NCBI GenBank assembly: GCA_965205215.1
Contig: OZ242041.1
Coordinates: forward strand, 800,001 to 864,000
Direction: 5' to 3'
Length of the DNA: 64,000 nucleotides
Origin: Nitrosopumilus sp.
GTDB taxonomy: Archaea > Thermoproteota > Nitrososphaeria > Nitrososphaerales > Nitrosopumilaceae
Shown: positions 18,136 to 27,532 of the stretch, piece by piece
How the letters are laid out: each line of letters opens with the position of its first letter
Position numbering within the stretch: the first letter of the stretch is position 1
The notes under the pieces: model-generated
Seen by the model: the letters and a program-made list of their open reading frames with translations, nothing else
Database searches by the model: none
Told to the model about the DNA's origin: nothing
Translations under genes and position numbers: made by a program

Positions 18136-20034
18136 ATGGGCGCGGGATGCGGCACGAAGACGGCCCCTGCGGCCGCCGCTACGGCAGTCTCCGTAGCCCT
18201 TCTCTTTACTGCCGCCGCCTTTACCGCCGAGCCGGCCCACGCCGCCGGGCCGTACGCGCAGGCCGACTATCCGGCACTGGGCGTCCGCGTCCAGACCGTC
18301 GCGGACGGGCTGGCCGTACCCTGGAGCATCGACTGGCTTCCGGACGGCACCGCCATATTCACCGAGAGGGGCGGCACTGTCAGCGTCATAAGGGACGGCC
18401 TGCAGGAGCCCGAGGCCGTGCTGTCCGTCGCCGCGGGGGGAGGGGCGGAGGCCGGCCTGCTGGGAGTCGCAGTCGATCCGGACTTTGAGGAGAACGGGTA
18501 CGTCTACCTGTACTACACCTACGTTGATCTCTTGTCGCCCCCCTACAACAGGATAGAGCGCTATACGTATCACGACGGTTCTGACGGTAGCGGCGGGGAC
18601 GCCACCGCCGCCTCGCCGCGGCTGGACGACGCGCACGTCATACTTGACCGCATACCGGCAAGCTCCTGGCACGACGGGGGCAGGATACAGTTCGGGCCCG
18701 ACGGCATGCTGTACGCGGCCACGGGTGACGCCATAGTTCCGGAGCTGTCGCAGGACGCATCGTCGCTTGCCGGGAAGATACTGCGCATGGACCGCGACGG
18801 CGGGGCGCCCGCCGACAACCCGTGGGAGGGCTCGCTCGTGTACTCGATGGGCCACAGGAACCCGCAGGGCATGGACTGGGATCTCGACGGGCGCATGATC
18901 ATAACGGAGCACGGGCCGTCCGGGCGCCTGGGGGTGGGGCACGACGAGATAAACGTGATTGCAAAGGGCGGGAACTATGGCTGGCCCGTCGTAATTGGTG
19001 ACAGTACCAACAACAACAACAACGGTGGCGGCGGAACGCCGTACGAGAACCCCGCGTTCCACACGGGCGGCAGCACGTGGGCCCCGTCGGGCGCCGAGTT
19101 CTACGAGTCCGACGTGATACCCGAGTGGCAGGGCCGCTACTTTGTGGCAACGCTGCTTGGGCGCACCCTCCAGATGGTACAGCTGGGCGCCGACGGCGCG
19201 GTGGTGTCGCACACGCCGCTGTTTGGGGGCGAGTTTGGCAGGCTGCGCGACGTCCAGACGGGCCCCGACGGGCACCTGTACGTGCTCACAAGCAACAGGG
19301 ACGGCCGGGGGGCCCCGGTTCCGGAGGATGACCGCATACTGCGCATCGAACCGCTGTACGAGGCGGCGCACGGCGGCAGCAGCGGCGGCGCGGCCCCGGA
19401 GCAGCAGCTTCGCGTGCTCACGTATGACGGCCCGGAGACTGCCGATACGGGTCAGCTGACGGCCGCGCTGAGGCATCCGGGGTATGATGTCTCGTCCCTC
19501 ACATTTGACATAGAACAGAAGAGCTTGGACTTTGGGTTTGCCAAATCCGACACGGACAGCGGCCACGGGCATGCGGGCTCGTCCCTCTCCCTGTACGTGC
19601 AGAGGCCGCTGGTCTCGGCCCCCTTTGAGGTCGTGATATATGACGAGTCCGGGGACATGGTGCCCGTCTCGGAGGCCTCCGGCCATGCCGGCTATCTGGA
19701 TAGCAGTGACGACAATAGCAACAACGGCGCGACGGATCCCGTGGCCGCCTATGCGGTACGGCACGGGCCGGACCACTATGTCATAACGGTTGGCACGGGA
19801 CTGGAGAGCGGGCGCGTTGCGATAATCGGGGAGCACGTGGTGCCGGAGTATCCGAGCGCGATACTCGTGATGGCCGCGGCCGCAGTTGCCGTCGTCGCGA
19901 CCATTGTCCTTGCCGCGGTAGCCCCGCAGTCGCTGGCGCACGGCGCGCTGCGCGCCGCGCGCAGCGCGGGCGCGCGCCCAAGCTACGGCCCGTCGGCCGC
20001 CGCGCCGGCAAGCCCGATGGCCTCTCCAAAGTAG
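18136..20034 (+). CDS. PQQ-dependent glucose/sorbosone dehydrogenase-family protein with C-terminal PEFG-CTERM-like anchor
   Basis: PWSIDWLPDG, GLLGVAVDPDF, HDGGRIQFGPDG, GHRNPQG, GGNYGWP, GRLRDV; VPEYP followed by a TM segment. Confidence 0.88.
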   Translation: MGAGCGTKTAPAAAATAVSVALLFTAAAFTAEPAHAAGPYAQADYPALGVRVQTVADGLAVPWSIDWLPDGTAIFTERGGTVSVIRDGLQEPEAVLSVAAGGGAEAGLLGVAVDPDFEENGYVYLYYTYVDLLSPPYNRIERYTYHDGSDGSGGDATAASPRLDDAHVILDRIPASSWHDGGRIQFGPDGMLYAATGDAIVPELSQDASSLAGKILRMDRDGGAPADNPWEGSLVYSMGHRNPQGMDWDLDGRMIITEHGPSGRLGVGHDEINVIAKGGNYGWPVVIGDSTNNNNNGGGGTPYENPAFHTGGSTWAPSGAEFYESDVIPEWQGRYFVATLLGRTLQMVQLGADGAVVSHTPLFGGEFGRLRDVQTGPDGHLYVLTSNRDGRGAPVPEDDRILRIEPLYEAAHGGSSGGAAPEQQLRVLTYDGPETADTGQLTAALRHPGYDVSSLTFDIEQKSLDFGFAKSDTDSGHGHAGSSLSLYVQRPLVSAPFEVVIYDESGDMVPVSEASGHAGYLDSSDDNSNNGATDPVAAYAVRHGPDHYVITVGTGLESGRVAIIGEHVVPEYPSAILVMAAAAVAVVATIVLAAVAPQSLAHGALRAARSAGARPSYGPSAAAPASPMASPK

Positions 20035-20528
20035 TATCCCGCCAGTATGGTCGCGCACGCCCAGACCGCCGAGCCCGCGTACGTGTATGTGACGAACTTG
20101 AGCGCCCTCATCTTGAACAGTCCCGCCGGTATGGATATCATCTCCCTCATGACGGGCATCATCCTGCATATGAACACGGTCTTGTCGCCGTGCCTCTCAA
20201 ACCATTTCTCGACGCGCTCTAGCTTCTCCTCCGATATGCGGAGGCGCCCGAGGTACCTGAGCATCACGGCCCTGCCGAGCTTTAGCGCCACCGCGTATAT
20301 GGCAGTGGAGCCTATCGTGGCGCCCGCGGCCCCCAGCATGACGAGCGGGATGAGGCCCTCCGGCGGAATGCCGTTTTGCGACGCGATGAATCCTGCCGTC
20401 GGAAACACGGCAAGCGTCGGGACGGGCGGCACGATGGTCTCTATCAGGGCGGCCAGAAATATGCCCTCGTACAGGTGCCCGCCGAGAATCTCCGCAATCC
20501 ATGCAAGGAACTCCTCAAACGGCTCCAT
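19983..20528 (-). CDS. DedA family membrane protein
   Basis: LIETIVPPVP, WFERHG, FICRMMPVMREMISIPAG. Confidence 0.9.
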   Translation of the reverse strand: MEPFEEFLAWIAEILGGHLYEGIFLAALIETIVPPVPTLAVFPTAGFIASQNGIPPEGLIPLVMLGAAGATIGSTAIYAVALKLGRAVMLRYLGRLRISEEKLERVEKWFERHGDKTVFICRMMPVMREMISIPAGLFKMRALKFVTYTYAGSAVWACATILAGYYFGEAIGLAGAAADGP

Positions 20529-20614
20529 GCTGTGCGGCACCTGTGCCTCACTAACTACCTTTCCGATCCCAGAATGGGACAATCTGCTATATATGGAGAG
20601 GACGTCGTGACCGC

Positions 20615-21166
20615 ATGGGAGCAAAAAAGCTCGCCGCGATTGCAGCGATCGTCATCGTAGGGGCGGGGGTAGGCTACGCCGTGTCCCCGTATTTCACGGA
20701 GTCTACAATCGACGAGCCGATGCCGCAGGGCGTGACAGTGATGCCGCCCGCGGAGCCCGCCGTTCCGGTTGTTGGCGGTGGTGGCGACGACGGCGACAGC
20801 AGTAGTGCAGGCCCGTCCGATCCGCAGGATGTGATGACCCCCGTATCGTACGCCGGGACCTTTGTCGGGGTGGGCGACGGGATACACGATGCCGGCGGGA
20901 GCGCCTACACGATCCCCCTTGGGGACGGCAGCAACGTCCTGCGCCTGGAGGACTTTTACTCTACAAACGGCCCGGGTCTGCGCGTCTACCTTGCCACCGA
21001 CACGGAGGCCACGGACTACATGTCCCTGGGCGACCTGAAGGCAAACCGCGGAAACCAGAACTATGAGATTCCGGAGGGGCTCGACCTTGACAAGTACAAC
21101 CACGTGCTGATATGGTGCGAGCCATTTAGCGTCCTGTTCGGGAGCGCGGAGCTCTCCGCCCGGTGA
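20615..21166 (+). CDS. DM13 domain membrane-anchored protein
   Basis: LRLEDF-STNGPGLRVYL, LGDLKANRGNQNY, VLIWCEPFSVLFG. Confidence 0.9.
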   Translation: MGAKKLAAIAAIVIVGAGVGYAVSPYFTESTIDEPMPQGVTVMPPAEPAVPVVGGGGDDGDSSSAGPSDPQDVMTPVSYAGTFVGVGDGIHDAGGSAYTIPLGDGSNVLRLEDFYSTNGPGLRVYLATDTEATDYMSLGDLKANRGNQNYEIPEGLDLDKYNHVLIWCEPFSVLFGSAELSAR

Positions 21167-21221
21167 CACCCCGGCTTTGCCGCGCGTGAGATGTTAATAG
21201 TGGCACCGTTCAGGCAACCGC

Positions 21222-21704
21222 GTGGAGCGAGGCTACCGATTCTTGGAGCACGCCACCGACGCGGTTGTCGAGGCGGAGGGGAAGAGCATGCGGGAGGCCT
21301 TTGCCGCGGCCGCCGACGCGACGGTCGACCTGACGCTTGACCCGGGCTCGGTGGCCGAGGACGGCCATATGGAGATAAGGGCGGAGGGCGAGGACCTGTC
21401 GTACCTCTTGTACAGCTGGCTTGAGGAGGTAATATTCGCGCTGATAACGCGCGGGTTTGCGATAAGGCGTGTCGAGATTGACGAAGAAGCGTCGTCTGAC
21501 CTGGACGCCGCGGCCGCCTCTGGTGGTGATGATGGCAGCGACAGTGCCGCGGAGCCCCTCGCCATACGCGCAAGGGCCTACGGCGAGCCGCTTGACCTGA
21601 AACGGCACGGGTTCAAGCTGGAGATAAAGGCGCCGACCTTTCATGAGATGAGCATCAATAGGTCGGAGGCTGGCGCGTCGGTGCGCTTTCTGCTTGATCT
21701 GTGA
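21222..21704 (+). CDS. Archease
   Basis: YRFLEHATD, LLYSWLEEVI, EIKAPTFH, FLLDL. Confidence 0.93.
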   Translation: MERGYRFLEHATDAVVEAEGKSMREAFAAAADATVDLTLDPGSVAEDGHMEIRAEGEDLSYLLYSWLEEVIFALITRGFAIRRVEIDEEASSDLDAAAASGGDDGSDSAAEPLAIRARAYGEPLDLKRHGFKLEIKAPTFHEMSINRSEAGASVRFLLDL

Positions 21705-21778
21705 CCTGCAGACGTGTGCGAATCCCGCGCGCGGCGGCCTGCTCACGCTTTTAAACAGTTAGCGCGAGCATCGAATGA

Positions 21779-23407
21779 ATGCATGCGAGCACCATGCCTA
21801 TGATCGCCGTGGTGGCAGTGGCAGCGATCGCCGCCGCCTGCCTCGTACCGTCCGCCATGCCCGCCCACGCGCAGGCAGCCGGGTCCCCGCCGGTCCCCGC
21901 CGGATTCGTAGAGCCCGGCGTCGACCCCCAGACCTACGTGGACCGCTACCACGCGGAGCCCTCGTACAAGGAGTGGTTTGACAATAACTATTCACAATAT
22001 GACTCGATATACCACGCGGTGGGGCTTCCCGACCCCGACGCGGCACCAGAGCCGGCACCGCCCCCGTTTGCAAGGGATACCGCGGCGCTCGCGCCGTTCG
22101 TCGACCCGACAGTCGACCCCCTTACCTACGTGGAGCGGTACCTCACCGACCCCTCGTACAAGGAGTGGTATGACGCGAACTACCTTGCAGAGTACGGCTC
22201 CATATACGACGCGGTGGGGATTCCAGACCTCGACACGTTTGTAAGCGAGATGACGCCACCACCCCCGTCAAGGGACATCGCGGCGCTCGCGCCGTTCGTC
22301 GACCCGACAGTCAGCCCTTGGACCTACGTGGACCGGTACCTCACCGACCCCTCGTACAAGGAGTGGTATGACGCAAACTACCTTGCAGAGTACGGCTCCA
22401 TATACGACGCGGTGGGGATTCCCGACCCCGACGTGTTTATGGACGAGCCGGAACCGTCCCAGCCCGCAAGGGATCTCTCGGCGCTCGCGCCGTTCGTCGA
22501 CCCGGCAGTCGACCCCAACACCTACGTGGACCGCTACCACACGGAGCCCTCGTACAAGGAGTGGTATGACTCAAACTACCTTGCAGAGTACGGCTCCATA
22601 TACGACGCCGTGGGCATACTTTTGATACCTGCCAGTTTTGTGGACCTGTCAGTCGACCCCCAGACCTACGTGGACCGCTACAACTCGGAGCCCTCGTACA
22701 AGGAGTGGTTTGACAATAACTATTCACAATATGACTCGATATACCATGCCGTCGGGCTGCCTGATCCCACCGGCGGCAGCGGCGGTGTCCCGACCGAGCC
22801 GGAGCTGCCCCCTCCGGTGGTGGCCCCGGGAGTAGAGCTTCCGCCCGGGCTTGAGCTAAAGCCGGGCCAAGAGTACGGCGAGTGCGGCGAGGGGACCGAG
22901 CTTGCCAACGGATACTGCGTCATAATCGGGACCGCGCCGCCCGAGCCTCCGACAACCTCCACGGCCGGCAGTGACGACACGAGGGGTGGAGGATGCCTCA
23001 TCGCGACTGCCGCGTACGGCTCTGAGATGGCGCCCCAGGTTCAGCTGCTCCGGGAGATACGGGACGGCCGGCTCGCGCAGACGCAGGCCGGCTCGTCGTT
23101 TGTGGAGGGGTTCAACGTCGTGTACTATTCGTTCTCGCCGCACGTGGCCGACTATGAGCGCGAGAATCCCGTGTTCAGGGACATGGTCAGGACGCTCCTG
23201 ACCCCGATGCTCTACACGCTGGGCATCATGGATCACGCCGGCTCCGAGTCCGAGGTACTGGCGTACGGCATTGCAGCGCTGCTTGCAATCTTGATGATAT
23301 ACGTGGGGGCGCCCGTACTGGCGGCGTCATTCATGTATCGGTATTACGCGCGATGCCGGGAAGACGGCGCGGTTGCACACGAGAACCATGGGAGGGAGTC
23401 ATGTTGA
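21779..23407 (+). CDS. Cell-surface protein with five ~45-aa Tyr-rich repeats and a CFI-box-CTERM domain
   Basis: Signal peptide; repeats FVDxxVDPxTYVDRYxxEPSYKEW; GGCLIATAAYGSEMAPQVQLLREIRD followed by a TM helix. Confidence 0.85.
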   Translation: MHASTMPMIAVVAVAAIAAACLVPSAMPAHAQAAGSPPVPAGFVEPGVDPQTYVDRYHAEPSYKEWFDNNYSQYDSIYHAVGLPDPDAAPEPAPPPFARDTAALAPFVDPTVDPLTYVERYLTDPSYKEWYDANYLAEYGSIYDAVGIPDLDTFVSEMTPPPPSRDIAALAPFVDPTVSPWTYVDRYLTDPSYKEWYDANYLAEYGSIYDAVGIPDPDVFMDEPEPSQPARDLSALAPFVDPAVDPNTYVDRYHTEPSYKEWYDSNYLAEYGSIYDAVGILLIPASFVDLSVDPQTYVDRYNSEPSYKEWFDNNYSQYDSIYHAVGLPDPTGGSGGVPTEPELPPPVVAPGVELPPGLELKPGQEYGECGEGTELANGYCVIIGTAPPEPPTTSTAGSDDTRGGGCLIATAAYGSEMAPQVQLLREIRDGRLAQTQAGSSFVEGFNVVYYSFSPHVADYERENPVFRDMVRTLLTPMLYTLGIMDHAGSESEVLAYGIAALLAILMIYVGAPVLAASFMYRYYARCREDGAVAHENHGRESC

Positions 23408-26400
23408 TGAAGGCCGGCCGCAACGGCACTGGGCGGGCCCTGCCGATCCTTGGGAGCTACGCGCTCGCGGCCGCAGTAGTCGTCGCAGTCGCCACGGTCG
23501 CGCTCGCGGCCGCATCACTGACATCCGGCGCCTATGCCGCGCTGGAGTTTGGCCACCTATTTGATGATGAAGACATAGACGGCGGGGCAATCGACGGCCC
23601 CTATGACGTCGCGCTGAGTGAGAATGGTAGGGACGTTTACGTCGTGGAAAAGGACAAGGACCGGATCAGCATATTCTCAAAGGACGGCTCGTTTGACAAG
23701 CGGTTTGGCTCCGCCGGCAGCGGCGATGAGCAGTTCTCCGGCCCGGTATCGATCGTAAGGTATGACCGCGACTTTTTTGTGCTTGACGTGGGAAACAAGC
23801 GGATCCAGGTGGCGGACAAGGACGGCGAATTTACGGACGAAGGGTTCAGCTCAAACAAACTGTTGTCGCCGACGGATATCGCGGTGGACACGGCGACCCA
23901 GAGGGTGTTCATATCGGATGAAAGCGGCGACAGGATACACGTGTTCTCGCTGGACGGCGTGTACAAGTACGACATTAACAAGTTCAACACGACCGGCATG
24001 ACGGATCCCTCGGGGCTTGTAGTAGACGAGATAGGCAGGTATCTGTACGTGTCGGATACCGGAAAGCACCGCATAGGCATATTCAAAATACTGACTGAGC
24101 GGGAAGAGTGCCACAGCTACACGGTGAAGGCGGCCACGGGGATCTGCTACGTGGGGGAGTTCGGCACCGCGGGCGTTCCGGGCACCGCGAACGGCACATT
24201 TAACGGTCCAACCGGGCTCGCGATAGACAAGAAGACCACGCCCAACAGGGGGGAGCTGTACGTGTCAGACACCAACAACGGCCGAATACAGATCTTCAGC
24301 TTCCTTGAGAGGGGGGGAGGCGGGTCGTGCCCCGACGGGACGCAGAACCTGACTGACGTGGTATGCTACGTGGACAAGTACGGCTCTTTAGGCGAGGACG
24401 ACGGCAAGTTCAGGTCGCCGCACGGGATTGCGATCGATACAAAGAACCGGCTGCTGTACGTGGCAGACACCGGCAACGACCGCGTGCAGGTGATAGAGCT
24501 TGACGCGCAGTCCGCCTCTTCATCGTCATCGTCTTCATCGTCTTCATCTTCATCGTCGTCCGGCACTTCCTCCTCCTCCTCCTCTTCCTCCACTACCACC
24601 GTCACAAAGCCGAACTCTCCGCGCAACGTCCAGGCGGTTCCGATCTCCCCGACGTCCATACTCGTCGACTGGGATGAGCCGAGGCCAAGTGGTGATCCCG
24701 TTTTGCCCATAATCGGATACGCTGTAGAGTACAAGTCCAAGGCCGCCACGGGATCCTCCGTGACCGACTTTACGGTGATCACGTCAAAGACCAACACGAA
24801 TGCGACGGCGCTCTACCACACCGACCTTGACCCCGGCACCACCTACACCTACAGGGTCTCTGCCGTCTCTAGCGGCGCGGACGCCGTCAGCACCCCGTCG
24901 GCGCATGCATCGGCGCGGCCTGCGGGTACGGACAGGCCCACCATGGTGGATATCGTGGCGATGTCCCCCACCCATGTAAAGATGACGTGGCTGCCCCCCT
25001 CAGACACGTTCGATCTGCCGATCAACGGTTATGTCGTGCAGGAGAAGATCGGCAGGACCTTTTTCACGGTAGACGACGGCGAGGTGGGCAGGAGCGAGTT
25101 CTCGTTCATGCACAGGGTGGATACGGGCAGGGAGAACTCGTTCCACGTGTACGCCCAGATTGGGCCTGCAAGCACGCCGCCCTCGGATCCCGTCTCGATC
25201 AGGGCGATCGACTCGTCGTTCCATACCGGCGTAATCGAGCCCTATCCGGTGAAGCTTGTGTCGTTGTCGGAGCCCAGCCCACCGATAAAGGTGAGCGCAA
25301 AGCCGGTAAACGACAGGCACATAGAAGTAACCTGGAGCCCGCCCGCCGACGACGGCAACTCGGCCGTCACCGGATACACGGTAGAGGCCAAAAAGAAGGG
25401 CTCGTCCTCGTTCTCGGAGATCGCCAGCAGCGTGACTGGAACAAAGTACGCACACAGGGGACTCGAGCCCGGCTCCGAGTACACCTACCGCGTATACGCG
25501 ACAAACGCACAGGGGACAAGCGGGGCCTCAAACGAGAGCACCGCTGAGGCCCGCATAGTCGGACTGGTGATAAACTCTGTCGGCTCGCTGACAGTCGACG
25601 AGGGCAAGCCGGCGACGTTCATCGTGACTGTGTCCGGCGACGCCTCCTCAGGCGCCGCCCTCTCGCTTGCCAACGAGCCGGAGGGGGCCAGCATCGTGCC
25701 GGGGACGGGGGCCTTTTCATGGACGCCTTCATACGACCAGGGCGGCAAGACGTACACGTTTGACGTTGTGGCGGCCCGGGGCGAGCACAGCGACAAAAAG
25801 ACCGTCCGCATAAAGGTCAACGACGTGCAGGATGTCGATGTGGGACAGCAGCAGCAGCAGCCGCAAACAAGGTCCGAGGCGCCAAGTGACGCGCAGCAGC
25901 CTGACGCCGGCACCGGACTGGCGCCGTTCGTCGACGAGTCAGTCGACCCCCAGACCTACGTGGACCGCTACAACGCGGAGCCCTCGTACAAGGAGTGGTA
26001 TGACGCGAACTACCTTGCAGAGTACGGCTCGATATACGACGCGGTGGGCGCGCTGCAGGTGCCTGCCAGTTTCGTAGACGGGTCAGTCGACCCCCAGACC
26101 TACGTGGACCGGTACAACGCGGAGCCCTCCTTCAAGGAATGGTTCGACGCGCACTACTCGGAGTATGATTCCATATACCATGCCGTGGGACTCGACGATC
26201 CTGCCGCAGCGGACGACACTTCTGGTGGCGCCGTTGGCGGTGATGGTGATGATGGCGCCGACACCACCGAGCCGGCTCTGGATGAAACCGGTGCAGGGAA
26301 GGCACCGGACGAGCCCGCGCGCCCTGACCTCAGGCTTGACGTCCCGCTTGCGCCGTTCGTCGACGAGTCAGTCGACCCCCAGACCTACGTGGACCGCTAC

Positions 26401-26730
26401 AACGCGGAGCCCTCGTACAGGGAGTGGTTTGACCAGAACTATGCGGCCGAATACGGCACCATATACAGGGCGGTAGGACTGTTTGAGATCCCCGCGCCGT
26501 TCGTCGACGAGTCAGTCGACCCACAGACCTACGTGGACCGCTACAACGCGGAGCCCTCGTACAAGGAGTGGTTTGACCAGAACTATGCGGAATACTTCTC
26601 GATATACCACGCCGTGGGGCTGCCGGAGCCCGCCGCGGAGGAACCCGAGCCGCCTGCAAAGCAGTACGGCATATGCGGGCCCGGCACGAAGCTGATCGAG
26701 GGCGTCTGCACGATCGTAAATAATGGATAG
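23401..26730 (+). CDS. Secreted NHL-repeat / fibronectin type III / Ig-like protein with four Tyr-rich repeats
   Basis: NHL repeats (PHGIAID..LYVADTGNDRVQV), poly-Ser linker, FN3 (WSPPADDGNSAVTGY, YTYRV), GAFSWTP Ig-like domain, same repeat as the upstream gene. Confidence 0.88.
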   Translation: MLMKAGRNGTGRALPILGSYALAAAVVVAVATVALAAASLTSGAYAALEFGHLFDDEDIDGGAIDGPYDVALSENGRDVYVVEKDKDRISIFSKDGSFDKRFGSAGSGDEQFSGPVSIVRYDRDFFVLDVGNKRIQVADKDGEFTDEGFSSNKLLSPTDIAVDTATQRVFISDESGDRIHVFSLDGVYKYDINKFNTTGMTDPSGLVVDEIGRYLYVSDTGKHRIGIFKILTEREECHSYTVKAATGICYVGEFGTAGVPGTANGTFNGPTGLAIDKKTTPNRGELYVSDTNNGRIQIFSFLERGGGGSCPDGTQNLTDVVCYVDKYGSLGEDDGKFRSPHGIAIDTKNRLLYVADTGNDRVQVIELDAQSASSSSSSSSSSSSSSSGTSSSSSSSSTTTVTKPNSPRNVQAVPISPTSILVDWDEPRPSGDPVLPIIGYAVEYKSKAATGSSVTDFTVITSKTNTNATALYHTDLDPGTTYTYRVSAVSSGADAVSTPSAHASARPAGTDRPTMVDIVAMSPTHVKMTWLPPSDTFDLPINGYVVQEKIGRTFFTVDDGEVGRSEFSFMHRVDTGRENSFHVYAQIGPASTPPSDPVSIRAIDSSFHTGVIEPYPVKLVSLSEPSPPIKVSAKPVNDRHIEVTWSPPADDGNSAVTGYTVEAKKKGSSSFSEIASSVTGTKYAHRGLEPGSEYTYRVYATNAQGTSGASNESTAEARIVGLVINSVGSLTVDEGKPATFIVTVSGDASSGAALSLANEPEGASIVPGTGAFSWTPSYDQGGKTYTFDVVAARGEHSDKKTVRIKVNDVQDVDVGQQQQQPQTRSEAPSDAQQPDAGTGLAPFVDESVDPQTYVDRYNAEPSYKEWYDANYLAEYGSIYDAVGALQVPASFVDGSVDPQTYVDRYNAEPSFKEWFDAHYSEYDSIYHAVGLDDPAAADDTSGGAVGGDGDDGADTTEPALDETGAGKAPDEPARPDLRLDVPLAPFVDESVDPQTYVDRYNAEPSYREWFDQNYAAEYGTIYRAVGLFEIPAPFVDESVDPQTYVDRYNAEPSYKEWFDQNYAEYFSIYHAVGLPEPAAEEPEPPAKQYGICGPGTKLIEGVCTIVNNG

Positions 26731-26807
26731 GCGCATACGCGACAACGGCAACGGCCGCCTGCTGCCCAAACCAGTAGCTTTTAATCACAATGCGTGGCCG
26801 CCGCGTC

Positions 26808-26957
26808 ATGGGCAAGCTCTCAAGGAACCTGCGCATCTGCGGCAACTGCGGAATCGTGTACTCTTCTGTGAGCTTTACCAAGTATATCGACCAGTGCCCC
26901 ATATGCAAGTCGCGGCGGTACGAGCAGATCCCCCTAAAGGATCAGGGTGACGACTAG
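26808..26957 (+). CDS. 49-aa zinc-ribbon small protein (CGNC...CPIC)
   Basis: Below the ORF-track cut-off. MGKLSRNLRICGNCGIVYSSVSFTKYIDQCPICKSRRYEQIPLKDQGDD; TTTTAATC 29 nt upstream. Confidence 0.75.
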   Translation: MGKLSRNLRICGNCGIVYSSVSFTKYIDQCPICKSRRYEQIPLKDQGDD

Positions 26958-26974
26958 GACGGTGCGTGGCTGCC

Positions 26975-27469
26975 ATGGCGAGCGGTGCTGGTCCGGACGG
27001 CGGCGGCGACGGCGCGGACGATCCCGAGCTTGAGAGGCTAAAGCGCAAGAAACTGCAGGACATGATAAGCGCGCAGCGCAGCAGGGAGCAGGGACAGCAA
27101 CGACAGCAACAACACCCGGAAACCCCCCGCGGCGTTGCAAGCCTGTCGTCTGCCACCTTTGCAGGCGCGGTGTCCTCCCCCCGCCCGACGCTAGTCGACT
27201 TTTGGGCCCAGTGGTGCGGGCCCTGCAGGGCGATGCATCCGGTATTCGAGGATCTGTCCGGCTCGTACCCCGGCATCGCGTTTGCGCGCGTCAACGTGGA
27301 CGAGTGCCCGGACGTGGCGGCCCGCCTTTCTATAAGCTCGATTCCGACCTTTGTCATGTTCAGGTCGGGCGCCCCGGTGTCCCGCGTGGCCGGCGCGGTG
27401 GGGCGCGACGCGCTCGACTCGATGTGCCGCGCCGCCGCTGCCGCGGCCCGCCCCGGCGATGCGAACTGA
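26975..27469 (+). CDS. trxA: Thioredoxin
   Basis: VDFWAQWCGPC and SIPT; N-terminal DDPELERLKRKKL helix. Confidence 0.92.
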   Translation: MASGAGPDGGGDGADDPELERLKRKKLQDMISAQRSREQGQQRQQQHPETPRGVASLSSATFAGAVSSPRPTLVDFWAQWCGPCRAMHPVFEDLSGSYPGIAFARVNVDECPDVAARLSISSIPTFVMFRSGAPVSRVAGAVGRDALDSMCRAAAAAARPGDAN

Positions 27470-27532
27470 CCGGTATGTCCTGCGCGTGGACGCCCCCGCC
27501 GCACCTGCGACACCCTTCCCTTTCTGGATTCG

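Noticed and set aside
19983-20034. 52-nt convergent overlap of the PQQ dehydrogenase and dedA
   Set aside because: Most simply explained by a drifted stop codon in a low-complexity GC-rich tail; no evidence of function.
21890-26620. Tyr-rich repeats as a diversity-generating retroelement template/variable pair or a CRISPR
   Set aside because: All copies are in-frame protein repeats, the differences are not evidently adenine-restricted, and there is no reverse transcriptase in the window.
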